Source: Octopus sinensis (taxonomy: Eukaryota). Taken from it: 64,000 nt of DNA. Both the position numbers and the translations under genes were made by a program. Below the pieces are notes generated by a model. It saw nothing but the letters and a program-made list of their open reading frames with translations. It did not search any database and had not been told where the DNA came from. The first letter of the stretch is position 1; every line of letters begins with the position of its first letter. Positions 24,908 through 38,500 of the stretch are shown in pieces. Location of the stretch: assembly GCF_006345805.1 (NCBI RefSeq), contig NC_043011.1, positions 50,170,464 through 50,234,463 on the forward strand. The letters are read 5' to 3'.

Positions 24908-24925
24908 GATAAAATACTTGGAATA

Positions 24926-25458
24926 CAGCAATACCTCGACTATCGCGGGTGTTATGATACAAAACCTTCCGCGATAGGTGAAAATCCGCGAAGTAGAAAC
25001 AGTACTGTACTGTATATTTTTTTAATCACTTTTTAGAATTTGTATATATTTATTTTACACACAAATGCAAAACAACACCACACACTCTCCTCCCGAATTT
25101 CGTTTTGCAGACAATATGTGCGATTCTTTGTTTTCTCATCTACAGTACACTACGTATTTTCTTTTGATATATTTTAATTAATACGCTATACAATGCAGTA
25201 CTGTACACTGTCTTTGGTTATTAATTTATTAATTTTTAGGCGTGAAAATGTTTATCTTACCACAGAAATAATTAAAAGCTAAGACAATATAAATACTAAT
25301 CGGCCGCAGAAACCCGCGATATATGAGGAGTCCGCGATATAAATTTCCATATATTAGCCAGAAAAATCTGTGATGTGATGTAATGAGTGCGCGATAGGTG
25401 AACCGCGATGTTCTGAGCACGAGATAAGCGAACCGCGATATGGCGAGGGATTGCCGTG
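24926..25458. mobile_element. Tc1/mariner-pogo/Tigger-like MITE
   Basis: Imperfect TIRs cagcaatacctcgactatcgcgg / ccgcgatatggcgagggattgccgtg, TA on both sides, multiple subterminal CCGCGAT motifs. Confidence 0.75.
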
Positions 25459-26179
25459 TATTCAATCGTGGCTGTTTACATTCTGAGTTCAAATGACTTG
25501 GATTCAGCATTGACGCGAATGTCATATCTAAGATTATCCTCCTCCTCATCATCATCATCATCACCGTCATCATCGTCAGCAGCAGCAGCAGCAGCATTAT
25601 CATCAGTATCATCATTATCAACATCATCATCTTCACCATCTTCATTATCATTTTTATCATAATCACCATGATCATCTTTATCAAGATCTGCATCATCATC
25701 GTCATTCTCACCTTCATCACCGTCATCACCATCATCACCATGATAATTGTATACTTGTTACATTTCCTTCTCCGTGTATATCTTTCTTTCTTTCACTCCT
25801 AACGTTTTTTTCTGTCTTCTTTCCATTCTTTCTTCCCTTCTAGCTTTTCATGTTTTGTTCAATGTCTTCAGCATGATTCATAATAAATTTCTTCACATGA
25901 ATCTTAATTTTTTTGTTCTCTTTTTGCTTTGTTTGATGAAGAGAAACTTTTAAAAAGACTAAATTAGACTCACAAATAATCTTACTAAATGACGTTAACA
26001 ACAAAAAATCAACTATACGTCGCTATCGGAGAGAAGAGTCTTTGCTATTTCTAGTGTTCGAGCATCCATCACTGACGTGATGAAGGAAGGTCGAAATCAC
26101 GTGAACTTGTGGTCTTGGCGCTGGGGATGAAGGGGATTTATACCCACTGCGAGAGTGATATAAACAAAAGTGCTTGGTA

Positions 26180-28050
26180 GCTCCTTTTATGTAGGTCATT
26201 GATCTTGGGCTGCTATGAAAAACCCTTCCGTCTCTGATTTTAAGCCAGAAGACACTAACGATTGGTGGGTATGGGCTTTGTCAGCATCGGTATTATTAGC
26301 TCTCTTCGGGTATTTGCTGTCGAGACGTTTTGCTTGCCATTTATCTGTAAGAATATCTAAGGCAGCAGATTTAGTACGGGTTTTCGTACGCTTAGTTTTT
26401 TTGTGCTTGTTTCCAGTACGTCTAATTCTGGGGTTTGTTGTATTTGGAATTCACTTAGATATTTCTATTGTTTTGTACTGTGTATGATGTTTTTTTTTTT
26501 GTTTTCATGCTTTAAGACAAGTTTTAACATCCAGTCATCAGAGTTTTTTAGGTAGGTGTTTAGGCCAATTGTGGCAAACTTCATTGTTAATTCCAGTTGT
26601 AAAAGTCCACGACCACCCTCTTTTCATGGCAGGTAAAGTCGTTCTATATCTGCCTTAGGGTGGTGCATTCTATGCATTGTCAACAATTTTCGTATTTTCT
26701 GTCAAGATTACATAATTTAGTAATTGACCAGTTAATAATATTGAAACTATAAGTCACGACCGGTAAGGCTAAAGTATTGATCGCTTCGATCCTGTTTCTT
26801 GCGTTCAGCTCTGTCTTGAGTATTCCCCCTACCCTGCGATAACATTCTTTTCTTATCCTTTCCCTCATCATTGAATGTTTTATTCTATCACCTTCAAATA
26901 CCCTTACGTATTTATAGCACTCTGCTGGTTCTAACTCCTTTATGACGTTTTGGTGGTCAAGATTAATGTTGGAGGTTTTTCTCATTTTGTCATCTGACAA
27001 AGGTAGCTTTTGCACATTTGTTTAGGCCAGATTGCATCCGGATGTCATCACTGAACTGTTTAACAACTGTAGTTGTTGGCCATTTTTTGCAAAGAGCTTT
27101 AAATCATGCAAGTAACAGAGATGATTTATATTTTTATCAAACATTTTATAGAGATATTTATGTCTCAATTTGGCTAATTTCTGCGTCAGTTAACCATTTA
27201 ATCTTCATGATATTTTTACATACATTATTTAATTTATCTGCGACTAATTTATCTGCAGGAGTGGCTGTGTGGTAAGTAGCTTGCTAACCAACCACATGGT
27301 TCCGGGTTCAGTCCCACTGCGTGACATCTTGGGCAAGTGTCTTCTGCTATAGCCCCGGGCCGACCAAAGCCTTGTGAGTGGATTTCGTAGACGGAAATTG
27401 AAAGAAGCCTGTCGTATATATGTATATATTTTATAAGTGTGTGTGTGTTTGTCACCCGAGCATTGCTTGACAACCGATGCTGGTGTGTTTACGTCCCCGT
27501 CACTTAGCGGTTTGGCAAAATAGCCCGATAGAATAAGTACTGGGCTTACAAAGAATAAGTCCCGGTGTTCGATTTGCTCGACTAAAGGCGGTGCTCCAGC
27601 ATGGCCGCAGTCAAATGACTTAAACAAGTAAAAGAGTATATATTTCCATACTTTGTTGCCTACTAAGTTATCCATAAAGTACATGTTTGTACAATAACAT
27701 TATTGTTTGGGTTTAGTTGGGATGTATAGAAAGCTTTCAACACATCTCTAGAATCCTCTCTAGTCCATTTTATATGTTTTGCTTTAGGTGGTGTTTTTGA
27801 TGGTTTAGGGTTAGGGTTATCCTGGTTCTGGTTACCTGGTAGTTTTTTTTTTCGGACTTTATTCCAGCAGCAGATTTTTCCACCCTGGTCTGGTTCTCCA
27901 GTGGGTAACGCTGGCTTTGTTGCCCCAGGCGATGACTGATCTGGCATGAGTTTTGGCTTGTCATTAAAGCATTGACGGTGACAATAGGAGACGGATCTAT
28001 TTGTTCAGGGTTGACTTTTTGACATGACACCGCTCTCTTGCACTTCGAAT
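26180..28050 (-). mobile_element. RLE-type LINE (R4/Dong-like), internally deleted, interrupted by a SINE
   Basis: KWTREDSRDVLKAFY (N-term), DLKLFAKN, KECYRRV..ILKTELNARNRIEAINTLALPVVTYSF, DIERLYLP..EGGRGL, SGLKSETEGFFIAAQDQ. Confidence 0.9.
27254..27640 (+). mobile_element. SINE family A, full length
   Basis: caggagtggctgtgtggtaag..gactt aaacaagtaaaagag. Confidence 0.93.
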
Positions 28051-28379
28051 AGATATATTTGTCATATCGTAGGCTGATAGAGCAAAAATCGCCTCTATTT
28101 TTTTTTCATGATAGCTATGTTTCCGGGCATAACTATTGTGTGATGTTTAAGCTGAGTGACTAGTTTGCTTCTTTTCATATTCGCTTGTGGGAAGTCGCTT
28201 TGTTTTTGTTTGGTTCGGCGTCACTCGTGACACTTGCTTTTCTTTTATTTTCTGCGTGTGTACTTGTGTGGTGTAGGCATTATTTATGTTGCTTGTAAAT
28301 ATTAACCTGTGCACATAGATGTATGGACAGTTGCTCGTATAGGTAATTATTCAATTTACGTACTTACTGTGTAATTGGT

Positions 28380-28857
28380 GTGTTAGAGCTCTCTACATTC
28401 CTCTTTGGTATAGTTCTTATTAACCTCTTCAAGTTCCATTTGAATGGAAAATTGAGAGTGGAGAGGGAAGTAATGTCCTCGAGTGAGTTTATTGGAAAAT
28501 GCGTGAAAGTTGAGAATAAGGCAAAGAGTGGGTGGTACCTCTCTAAGTGTAGACCTTTGAGTCGGAGAGAAGGAATTGGAGAGGACTTACTCCTGGGGTT
28601 TCAGGGAAATCTCAGAGAGTAGGGCTCTTCCATTATCCCTAGAGGACCAAATCTCTCTCATCATCCTCTCCCATTCCTTTTAAAGCTTTGTATGCTATGC
28701 ATATATATGTCCCTTCTTTTTCAGTGTGTACCGTGTATACATAAATTCTTTCTTTCTGCCGTCTTTTTTTATCATTTCATCATATGTAAACTCCTGCACT
28801 TTGTCTGTCTTTGTATTGTCTCTCACATCCTTCACCCTTTTGGCAATTAAATGAAAG

Positions 28858-28860
<3 letters not shown>
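28380..28860 (+). mobile_element. L1/Tx1-like LINE ORF2 C-terminus and 3' UTR
   Basis: LINLFKFHLNGKLRVEREVMSSSEFI resembles Tx1-type ORF2 ends; the UTR ends ttggcaattaaatgaaagc then (ATT)n. Confidence 0.55.
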
Positions 28861-28946
<86 letters not shown>

Positions 28947-28982
28947 ATAATTTTATTATTAACATTATTATTAATATTAATA

Positions 28983-29019
<37 letters not shown>

Positions 29020-29053
29020 TATTACTAACATTATTATTATTATTATTATTATT

Positions 29054-29608
29054 GAGTGAGAGAGCAGTTCATGCCATCAAAGTGACACTGGGGTAAAATA
29101 TACGAAGCCCAATATACCCATCATGACTACCCGTCTGATAAAGGTACACCAGGCACATGTATCACAACCATATGTGCGCGACATGGTGATCTCATATCAA
29201 GATAAACAGCACATGACCTTGCAGGTGGGGCCCAGTTAGAATTTCCTTCAGGTTGAGTAGCCCATCCTGCTCAAACGGTCCCTGAATAAGGGTTGCTTTA
29301 GGATGTTGAACGAAACACCTATGTTTCCAGAGGTGAACCATTCAAACTCCAAAGAATCCCTCTCAACACATGGCCATGATGCTCCCCCACTACTTCTGCT
29401 CGTGATCAGAGATGCACATATCGTCAGCCACTAAGGGACATGCTCAACTGGTTAAGGTCAAACAACTGACAAGCAAATCTGTGGTATTGAGCAGAATATT
29501 TGCTGTAGCCCATCTTTTATACCAAGACAAAACAATGTACATGATAACACTTCCAATCAGTTAAGATCAGAAGCCATGAGAGCCACTGCCTGGTACTGCA
29601 TCAGGGCG
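29054..29608 (-). mobile_element. 555-bp non-coding interspersed element inserted in (AAT)n
   Basis: No ORF or TIRs; (ATT)n arrays directly on both sides; second copy at 13075-13680. Confidence 0.8.
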
Positions 29609-29726
29609 ATTATTATTAACATTATTATTATTATTAACATTATTATTATTATTATTATTATTATTATCATCATTATTAACATTATTATTATTATTATTTA
29701 TATTATTATTATTACTATCATTATTA

Positions 29727-29793
<67 letters not shown>

Positions 29794-30399
29794 TATTATT
29801 ATTTTTAACTTTATAATTATTATTATTATTATTATTATTATTAACATTATTAATGTTGTTGTTGTTCTTCACTTTTTACTACTAATACTGCTGCCATATC
29901 TACTATTATTACAAAAAGCTGTTGTTCTTGTCATTGTTATTGTTGTCATTTTTATACAAAAAGTTTGACTTGTTACCCCCAAGGTTTATGCAATTAATTG
30001 CTGCGCAACGAATGGAACACATTGTCTGCCCTTTGCTTGAGTAAAAATTTTAAAACATCTAAACATTTATTGCATTATACAGTTTAGGCTGCAATCACGA
30101 AATTTCATTTTCACATAATGTCATTTAATTTCACAATAGGAATACATTAGCATGAAAGAGAATTAATCTGATAACTCACTGCTTCGAGATTTCAATTTAA
30201 CATATGTTACTGGTGCTTTTGTTTTCCTTTTCATTTGTGGTAGATGTCTTGGCCTTTTAATTTTATTTACGTGTTCCATCGAATAAAGTTGGTAAACGTG
30301 GTGATGGAACAAAAAAAAAGTAAGATAAAAAATTTAGATAGATCAATCTTGATAGATTTAGTGATGAACTGAAAGAAACATGCTCATTGGTAGATAGAT

Positions 30400-30492
30400 G
30401 GATCGATAGATAGACAGACAGACAGACAGGTAGATAGATAGACTGACAGACAGTCTGACAGGCAGATATACAGATATATAGAGAGACAGACT

Positions 30493-30572
<80 letters not shown>

Positions 30573-30594
30573 TATAGATAGATAGATAGGTAGG

Positions 30595-30641
<47 letters not shown>

Positions 30642-30650
30642 GTAGGTAGG

Positions 30651-30719
<69 letters not shown>

Positions 30720-30722
30720 GAT

Positions 30723-30790
<68 letters not shown>
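30400..30790. repeat. (AGAT)n microsatellite
   Basis: Direct repeat. Confidence 0.97.
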
Positions 30791-30792
<2 letters not shown>

Positions 30793-31304
30793 CTTTTTAT
30801 TGTGGCCACACAGGGCTAAACACAGAATAAAAATGAACGAAATACAATGTAGAGTTTTTTCTTTTCGAGGTGGGATGGGTGTGGCATACAAAAAAAAGAT
30901 AAATAGATAGATAGATAGATAGATAGATATGAAGAACGATTCAGTAACAGCTAGATACATAAATAAGGTCTAGTTTCATAATATTCTGAGTATGAAGACC
31001 TAACCACTCAAGATTGTATTATCAATAGAATATTTATTAATAATAATTTTATCGCAAATAATGTCCGCTGACTTCCAAGTTTCGCTGTTACTAGCTTCTT
31101 AAAACAAACGCAAAATAAGAGGTTTAAAGACGAGGTCTTACATGTGTAAGCCCAGCATCCTTACAAACATGGCAAGTTATACCAAAAAAACAAAGCATGA
31201 AATCATTTGAAAGAAAGGTATGTCCGTCATCAACATAATAGTACTGTCGTTAGTCAACGGTGATTATCCATATGAAGCATTAGGAGCACCGTAGCACAAA
31301 TAGT

Positions 31305-31400
31305 TTTATCATTTCATCATATGTAAACTCCCGCACTTTGTCTATCTTTGTATTGTCTCTCTCATCCTTCACCCTTTTGGCAATTAAATGAAAGCATTAT
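31305..31400 (+). mobile_element. Short copy of the 28767-28860 LINE tail
   Basis: ttttatcatttcatcatatgtaaactcc..caattaaatgaaagc near-identical to 28767-28860. Confidence 0.85.
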
Positions 31401-31406
31401 TATTAT

Positions 31407-31484
<78 letters not shown>

Positions 31485-31521
31485 TAGTAGTAGAAGTAGT
31501 AGCAGAAGTAGTAGTAGTAGC

Positions 31522-31582
<61 letters not shown>

Positions 31583-31754
31583 TGCATTGCTTCTTTTAAA
31601 CGTCTTCCGATATTTGAAGGCAAGGATGTTGTCATTACAAGAAAGGTTCCAGCAATAACAGATGGAGCGTCCAAAATACCTAGACTGTAATACTAAATGG
31701 TGGGTAAAACCAAATCATTTCATAATTTTAGTGTTAGTGCGGTTATTATTCTCT

Positions 31755-32560
<806 letters not shown>

Positions 32561-32818
32561 TATATTTGTATATTACTATAGTTGTGTTAATGTAACGTTT
32601 TTTTTTTATATTTCGAACGTCTGTTTATGCATTGCGATTATATTTCTCTCTTTCACTCTATTCTATCATTTCGTGTACTTCTTTATCGCTGTAAATATAA
32701 CGCCTGTCCTTAGTAAATTAAATCTGTGTAGGTGCATTTACACGTGCATGTCGATTATATATGTATGTAGGTAGGTATGCATGTATCAATTTACCTATCT
32801 ATCTATCTATCTAGATAT

Positions 32819-32901
<83 letters not shown>

Positions 32902-32953
32902 TATAGATAGATACACAAACACACATATACACACAAACGCACACATATACACG

Positions 32954-32987
<34 letters not shown>

Positions 32988-33474
32988 CATATATATATAC
33001 ATATATATATACATATATACATGCATATATATATGTATAATTATATATATGTGTGTGTGTGTATGTATATATGTATGTAAGTATGTATTTATACACAGAC
33101 ACACACAGACACAGACAAACGCACACGTATATGTATATATATATATATATATAATCATAGCATTCTCATTATATACATATACATATAAATATCTATTTAT
33201 CCATATGCGGTGTGTGTGTGTGTGTACATGTGTGTGTACGTGTGTGTGTACGTCTGCGTTTGTCTGTGTGTGTCTGTGTATGCCCATATTTCATAAACCA
33301 ATAACTTATTTGACGTACTGATGGAAAGTTGGACATGGAGATAACTATAACACAAAAAGCATTACTTTATATGCTAAACTGACAAGTTAGGAAGGGAAGA
33401 AAATCACGTTGACTATAAATATTCACCAGTAACCAATTTCTGACAGACGAAGTAGTACTCTAAGTACATATATT

Positions 33475-33476
33475 GC

Positions 33477-33507
<31 letters not shown>

Positions 33508-33545
33508 CGTCTGTGTGTGTGTGTGTGTGTGTGCGTATGTGTGTG

Positions 33546-33584
<39 letters not shown>

Positions 33585-33628
33585 TGTGTGTGTGTGTGTG
33601 CGGTGTGTGTGTGCGTGTGTGTGTGTGC

Positions 33629-33670
<42 letters not shown>

Positions 33671-33715
33671 CGCGGTGTGTGTGTGTGTGTGTGTTTGTGC
33701 GTGCGTGCGGTGTGT
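33475..33715. repeat. (GT)n microsatellite
   Basis: Direct repeat. Confidence 0.97.
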
Positions 33716-34306
33716 GTCTTGAAAATAATTCAGACAAATTTCACGTGATGTGCTAATGTGTTGCCACAAGCAAAAATTATAAATAAATTTAGGTTTTGGA
33801 ACCATTTCCGTCCGTTATGAATTCTTTGAAAAAAAAAAAGGTGAGACCAAGGAATAAATGATTTACATGCTGCCAAAAGAATTTTTAATACATATGCATA
33901 TATATATATACATACGTACGTGTGAATGTGTGTGTGTGTGTGTGTCTGTGTATGTGTGCGTGTACGTGTGGTTGTGTGACCGATGTATTGTAAATATATG
34001 AAATACGGAACCTGCCTTTATAACTTTGAAATGTGTCTTGGAGAACTGCAAATTGAATGCATTAGAATATACACATGATTGACAGAATGAAAGTTAAATT
34101 TATAGATAGACAGGTAGATAGGTAGGCGAACAGTTGGTAATATGTGTGTGTGTGTATGTGTGTGTGTTTAAGTGTGAGAGAGAGAGACAGAGAGAGAAGA
34201 TGGTTTGTAGAATGAGAGACAGACTTCAGCAAGTATCTGACACCAAGAGAGCAATATTTATGCATTTTTTCATCATGTCCTTCATTGATATTTTCTTGTT
34301 TCTTTT

Positions 34307-34364
<58 letters not shown>

Positions 34365-34506
34365 CATAGTGTCTCGTCGTCATCAACGTCGTCTTATACA
34401 TTCGTACGTTAACTAAGTCTCTTCTTTTTCCAAGCTGCATTATATATACATGTATATACGTACATATATGTATGTATACATGCATATATTTATATATCAT
34501 TTATAT

Positions 34507-34549
<43 letters not shown>

Positions 34550-34749
34550 CATGCACACACGGCCGCACACGCATACATATATACACACATATATATATGC
34601 ACCCATACATGGATACCTACATGCATACATACATACATAAATACATATATACATACTTACGTACATACGTACACATATACATATATATAAATATTTACAC
34701 ATGCGTACATACATAACTACATACCAACAGCTTATTATATTCAACCTAG

Positions 34750-36430
34750 CATTATCGACAACGAAAATTGTAAAGAAGATGAAAGTTCAAAGATACCAAC
34801 AGAATCTCCCCTGAAGAAAATTGCGAAGAATATGAACTGCGACCAAAACGAAAACCATAAGAATAAGACTGAGACAGGACTGCCGCCATTAAATGGTTTA
34901 TGTAGTGGCTCTATAGGAATAGATAGAAAAGAACGAACAATATAAACAACAGAAAACACAGCTGGCAGCAAGATTCAGCTAAAACTTCGCTGTTTCCATC
35001 AACAAACCTTTACATGAAAGAACGATTGTGATACGAGTTCGATAGAAAACCTACTAACTTGATGTTATCAGTGATCAATCAAGCCGCTAAAGAACACCAA
35101 TCACAAATTAAGGCTCCCAGGGTTTTGCATATTGGATATTTTACTCTACTGCATTGCAGTTGCCACTCGCCAAACAGTTGGGGGTAATAGAGATCGATCG
35201 AAATTATAATATACGACTAAAATGGATTACCCCTCTTATTCACAAAAGAGAAGAAAAAAGTTATAGAAAAATTCGATAAAAACATCGGATCCTGTCGTTA
35301 AATACAATGTGAAAAACAAATTTACAAACCACCAGCTGCGACAAAAAGAAATGTGTAAGTTACTTGCGGTAAATTAACTCTTCATGACCACGAACCGTGA
35401 ACGGTAGGTCAGAAGGTGTATCATCTTAATTAGTAGAACACATAGGTTCCAATGGCAAGTTTGCATCCAACCGAGAAATGTATATTGCAACATGCAGGTT
35501 ATACGTAAAGGCACGTTGCGAGGATGATCTTCAGTCATTTTTTTTTCATGTGGATGTGGAATTAGAGTGTAAATCAACAGCAAATTCCGATGAAATAGTT
35601 TTAAAGGAGGTACGGAGTGAGCACCGTGAAAACACTCTCTCAAAATACATGACCTCACCAATGAAGGTCTCTTAACGATTGTTAAAAATCTACCGAAAGG
35701 AAAATTAGCTGCGCGAGGGGTCTGATGATCTGTTATATTATAAAGATTAAAGGCGATGACCTGGCAGAATCGTTAACACGCAGGGGAAAATGCTTAGCGG
35801 CATTTCGTCCGTCTCTGCAGTCTGAGTTCAAATTCCGCCGCGGTCGACATTGTGTTCCATCCTTTCGTGGCCGATAATTTAAGTATCCGTGAAACATTAG
35901 GGTTGATGTAATCGACTAGTCCTACTCCCACCAAATTCCAGGCCTTGTGCCTTTAGAAGAAAGGGTTATTATAGAGATTATAGAAAGCTTCTGTTTTAGA
36001 AGGAAACTCTCGTCAACTTCATCAAATGAATAATGGATATTGAACATGATGTAACAAAGTGGTTAGCAATTGCACGAGCAACACTTGTGCCTAAGAGTAA
36101 AAGGACACGGGTAACCAAAGTTATAGAATTGTTAAATGTTAGTTATAAACTACACATATGTGGTTTGGGTTTGCTTTCCAAGAGCACCGTAAAACAAGGA
36201 CGGGGTAACTGATGAGTTGGAAGGAGGTAGGATAGGAAGTTGGAGCGCTTTGACAATTAGGCTATCTTTCAAAGAGTTCGATACTATTGCAGAACACTAC
36301 TGATCCTATACACCTTACAGACTATCTTTACTGATTGTATGGATAGGGTATAAGAAAGTGTTTGACTCTGTCCCTTACTAATGGTTACTAGAGCCCCTAA
36401 AACTTGTCAAGTTTCCGGGTTTCATCATCT
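34750..36430 (+). mobile_element. RLE-type LINE N-terminal and RT 5' fragments, heavily decayed
   Basis: ILLYCIAVAT..PKWI; WLAIARATLVPK; YKKVFDSVPY.WLLEPLKL; interrupted by SINE B. Confidence 0.65.
35752..35960 (+). mobile_element. SINE family B
   Basis: ggcgatgacctggcagaatcgttaacacgc..gagttcaaattccgcc..gatgtaatcgactag. Confidence 0.9.
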
Positions 36431-36459
36431 ATATTTAACATTGTTAATTCTGTTGATGT

Positions 36460-36765
36460 AGAGGCGCAATGGCCCACTGGTTAGGGCAGCGAACTCGCGG
36501 TCGGAGGATCGCGGTTTCGATTCCTAGACCGGGCGTTGTGTGTGTTTATTGAGCAAAAACACCTAAAAGCTCCACAAGGTTCCGGCAGAGGGTGGTGGCG
36601 ACCCCTGTTGTGCTCTTTCGCCAGAACTTTCTCTCACACTCTCTTCCTGTTTCTTGAGTAACGCTGCGATGGACTGGCGTCCCGTCCAGCTGGGGGAGGG
36701 GGGGACATACGCCACAGAAACCGGGAAACCGGACCCATGAGCCTGGCTAGGCTTGAAAAGGGCGA
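36460..36765 (+). mobile_element. SINE family C, full length
   Basis: gaggcgcaatggcccactggttagggcagc..ggcttgaaaagggcg. Confidence 0.92.
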
Positions 36766-37154
36766 CAAAAAATTCTGTTGATAGCAACCCGCGTAATCAT
36801 CCCTCGTTCTCTCATTCAAATTTCCTGTTTGAAATTAATCCAAATTAGAACCTTCCATCAGAAGTTCATGTTATGTTCGAAATACCAACTTATTAATGAC
36901 AAACTTATTTTACTGCATTCTTCGTTATTTTCAAAATAAATTTAAACAAATTCTGCTTTCTTCAATGGAAATATGATAACAAAGGGGGTTAAAAGATCGC
37001 CTTACATGTTCAATATAGCTATCGATGACAAATGATGGTGCTAATATGATCTCAAGTAGATTTCGTTATTTAAAGAAATATGTCAAGGTGATAGCCTAAC
37101 GGCATGTGTTTTTGGTGGTGATGAACTCCTTGTTGACCTTGTTGAGGAAATGGA

Positions 37155-37540
37155 AAGTGTACTCTTTTACTCATTTACTCTTACTTGTTTCAGTCATTTG
37201 ACTGTGGCCATGCTGGAGCACCGCCTTTAGTCGAGCAAATCAACCACAGGACGTATTCTTTGTAAGCCTAGTACTTATTCTATCGGTCTCTTTTGCCGAA
37301 TCGCTAAGTAACGGGGACTTAAACACACCATCATCGGTTGTGAAGCGATGTTGGGGAAACAAATACAGACACACAAACATATACACACATACATATACAC
37401 ATATACGACGGGCTTCTTTCAGTTTTCGTCATACAACTCCGCTCACAAGGCTTTAGTCAGCCCGAGGTGCCACGCAGTGGGACTGAACCCGGAACCATGT
37501 GGTGGGTAAGCAATCTACTTACCACACAGCCACTCTTACG
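37155..37540 (-). mobile_element. SINE family A
   Basis: Homology to other A copies; small head deletion. Confidence 0.9.
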
Positions 37541-38362
37541 CATAGTGTACATGATAATTGTTTCAGGTGTAAAATTATTGACGCTGATTTTGCAACAAGC
37601 AAGAAAGAGTAAAATTATTTGTTACCTAAAAATATTTTGTCGATGGTCATTATTCAAATAATATTCACACCAAGCAACAGTCATAACAATTTACTGGTGT
37701 CGTTAATAAATAAGTCCTCACTATTTATGACTGTTCACACGATTCTTACGAACAGGAATTGAGTTTGGTCAGAATAAGTGTTCATATTTTGTAGTCAATT
37801 AAGTAATGACGATCTTACCAGACAAGGAATATAAATATTGGTATCCAGTCTACTCTCACCTCATCGCAAATAATGTTTAGAATAAATGTCTTGGAATTGG
37901 CGAGAGTATTTCATACGTCGATGTTATGTGTGAACTTAGTGATAAAGAAATACTTTAGAACACTTCGGAAGATAGGGAAGTCAGAGATGTACATATTTAA
38001 TTAAACAATATCCCATAATACTTTTGTAAGGTTAATGATCTGGAGTTGAACAATAGCACTAGAGGCTACTAAAATCACTGGTAATTCTCACATCAGCAAC
38101 CAATGGATTTATGTTTGAAAGGAGATCTAAAGGCAGAAATCACTCCCAACTGCCTTAGAGTACAACATTTTACTGAACTGTAACAAGAGAAATGAGTATA
38201 TCTCATTCAACTGTGAATTCCTTCAACTCACAGGTCCGGATGTTTTCCTAGTCCTGTAAATGGAGGGAAATAGAAATTCGACGAAGTAATGGAAAATATA
38301 GAGCTCTTATATACAGGCCGTAGATGGTTCGTCGTCATCTTCGTCTGTTTATATAAATATCA

Positions 38363-38446
<84 letters not shown>

Positions 38447-38500
38447 ATATGTATATATATATATATATACATGTATGTATGTATATGTGTATATATATAT

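Noticed and set aside
26070-26110. gtgatgaagg..cgaaatcacgtga, HHR-like
   Set aside because: Core and cleavage triplet are wrong; no stem II pairing
37790-38170. Possible further decayed RLE LINE fragment (also 58430-58545 minus)
   Set aside because: Only short motif matches; too degraded to delimit confidently
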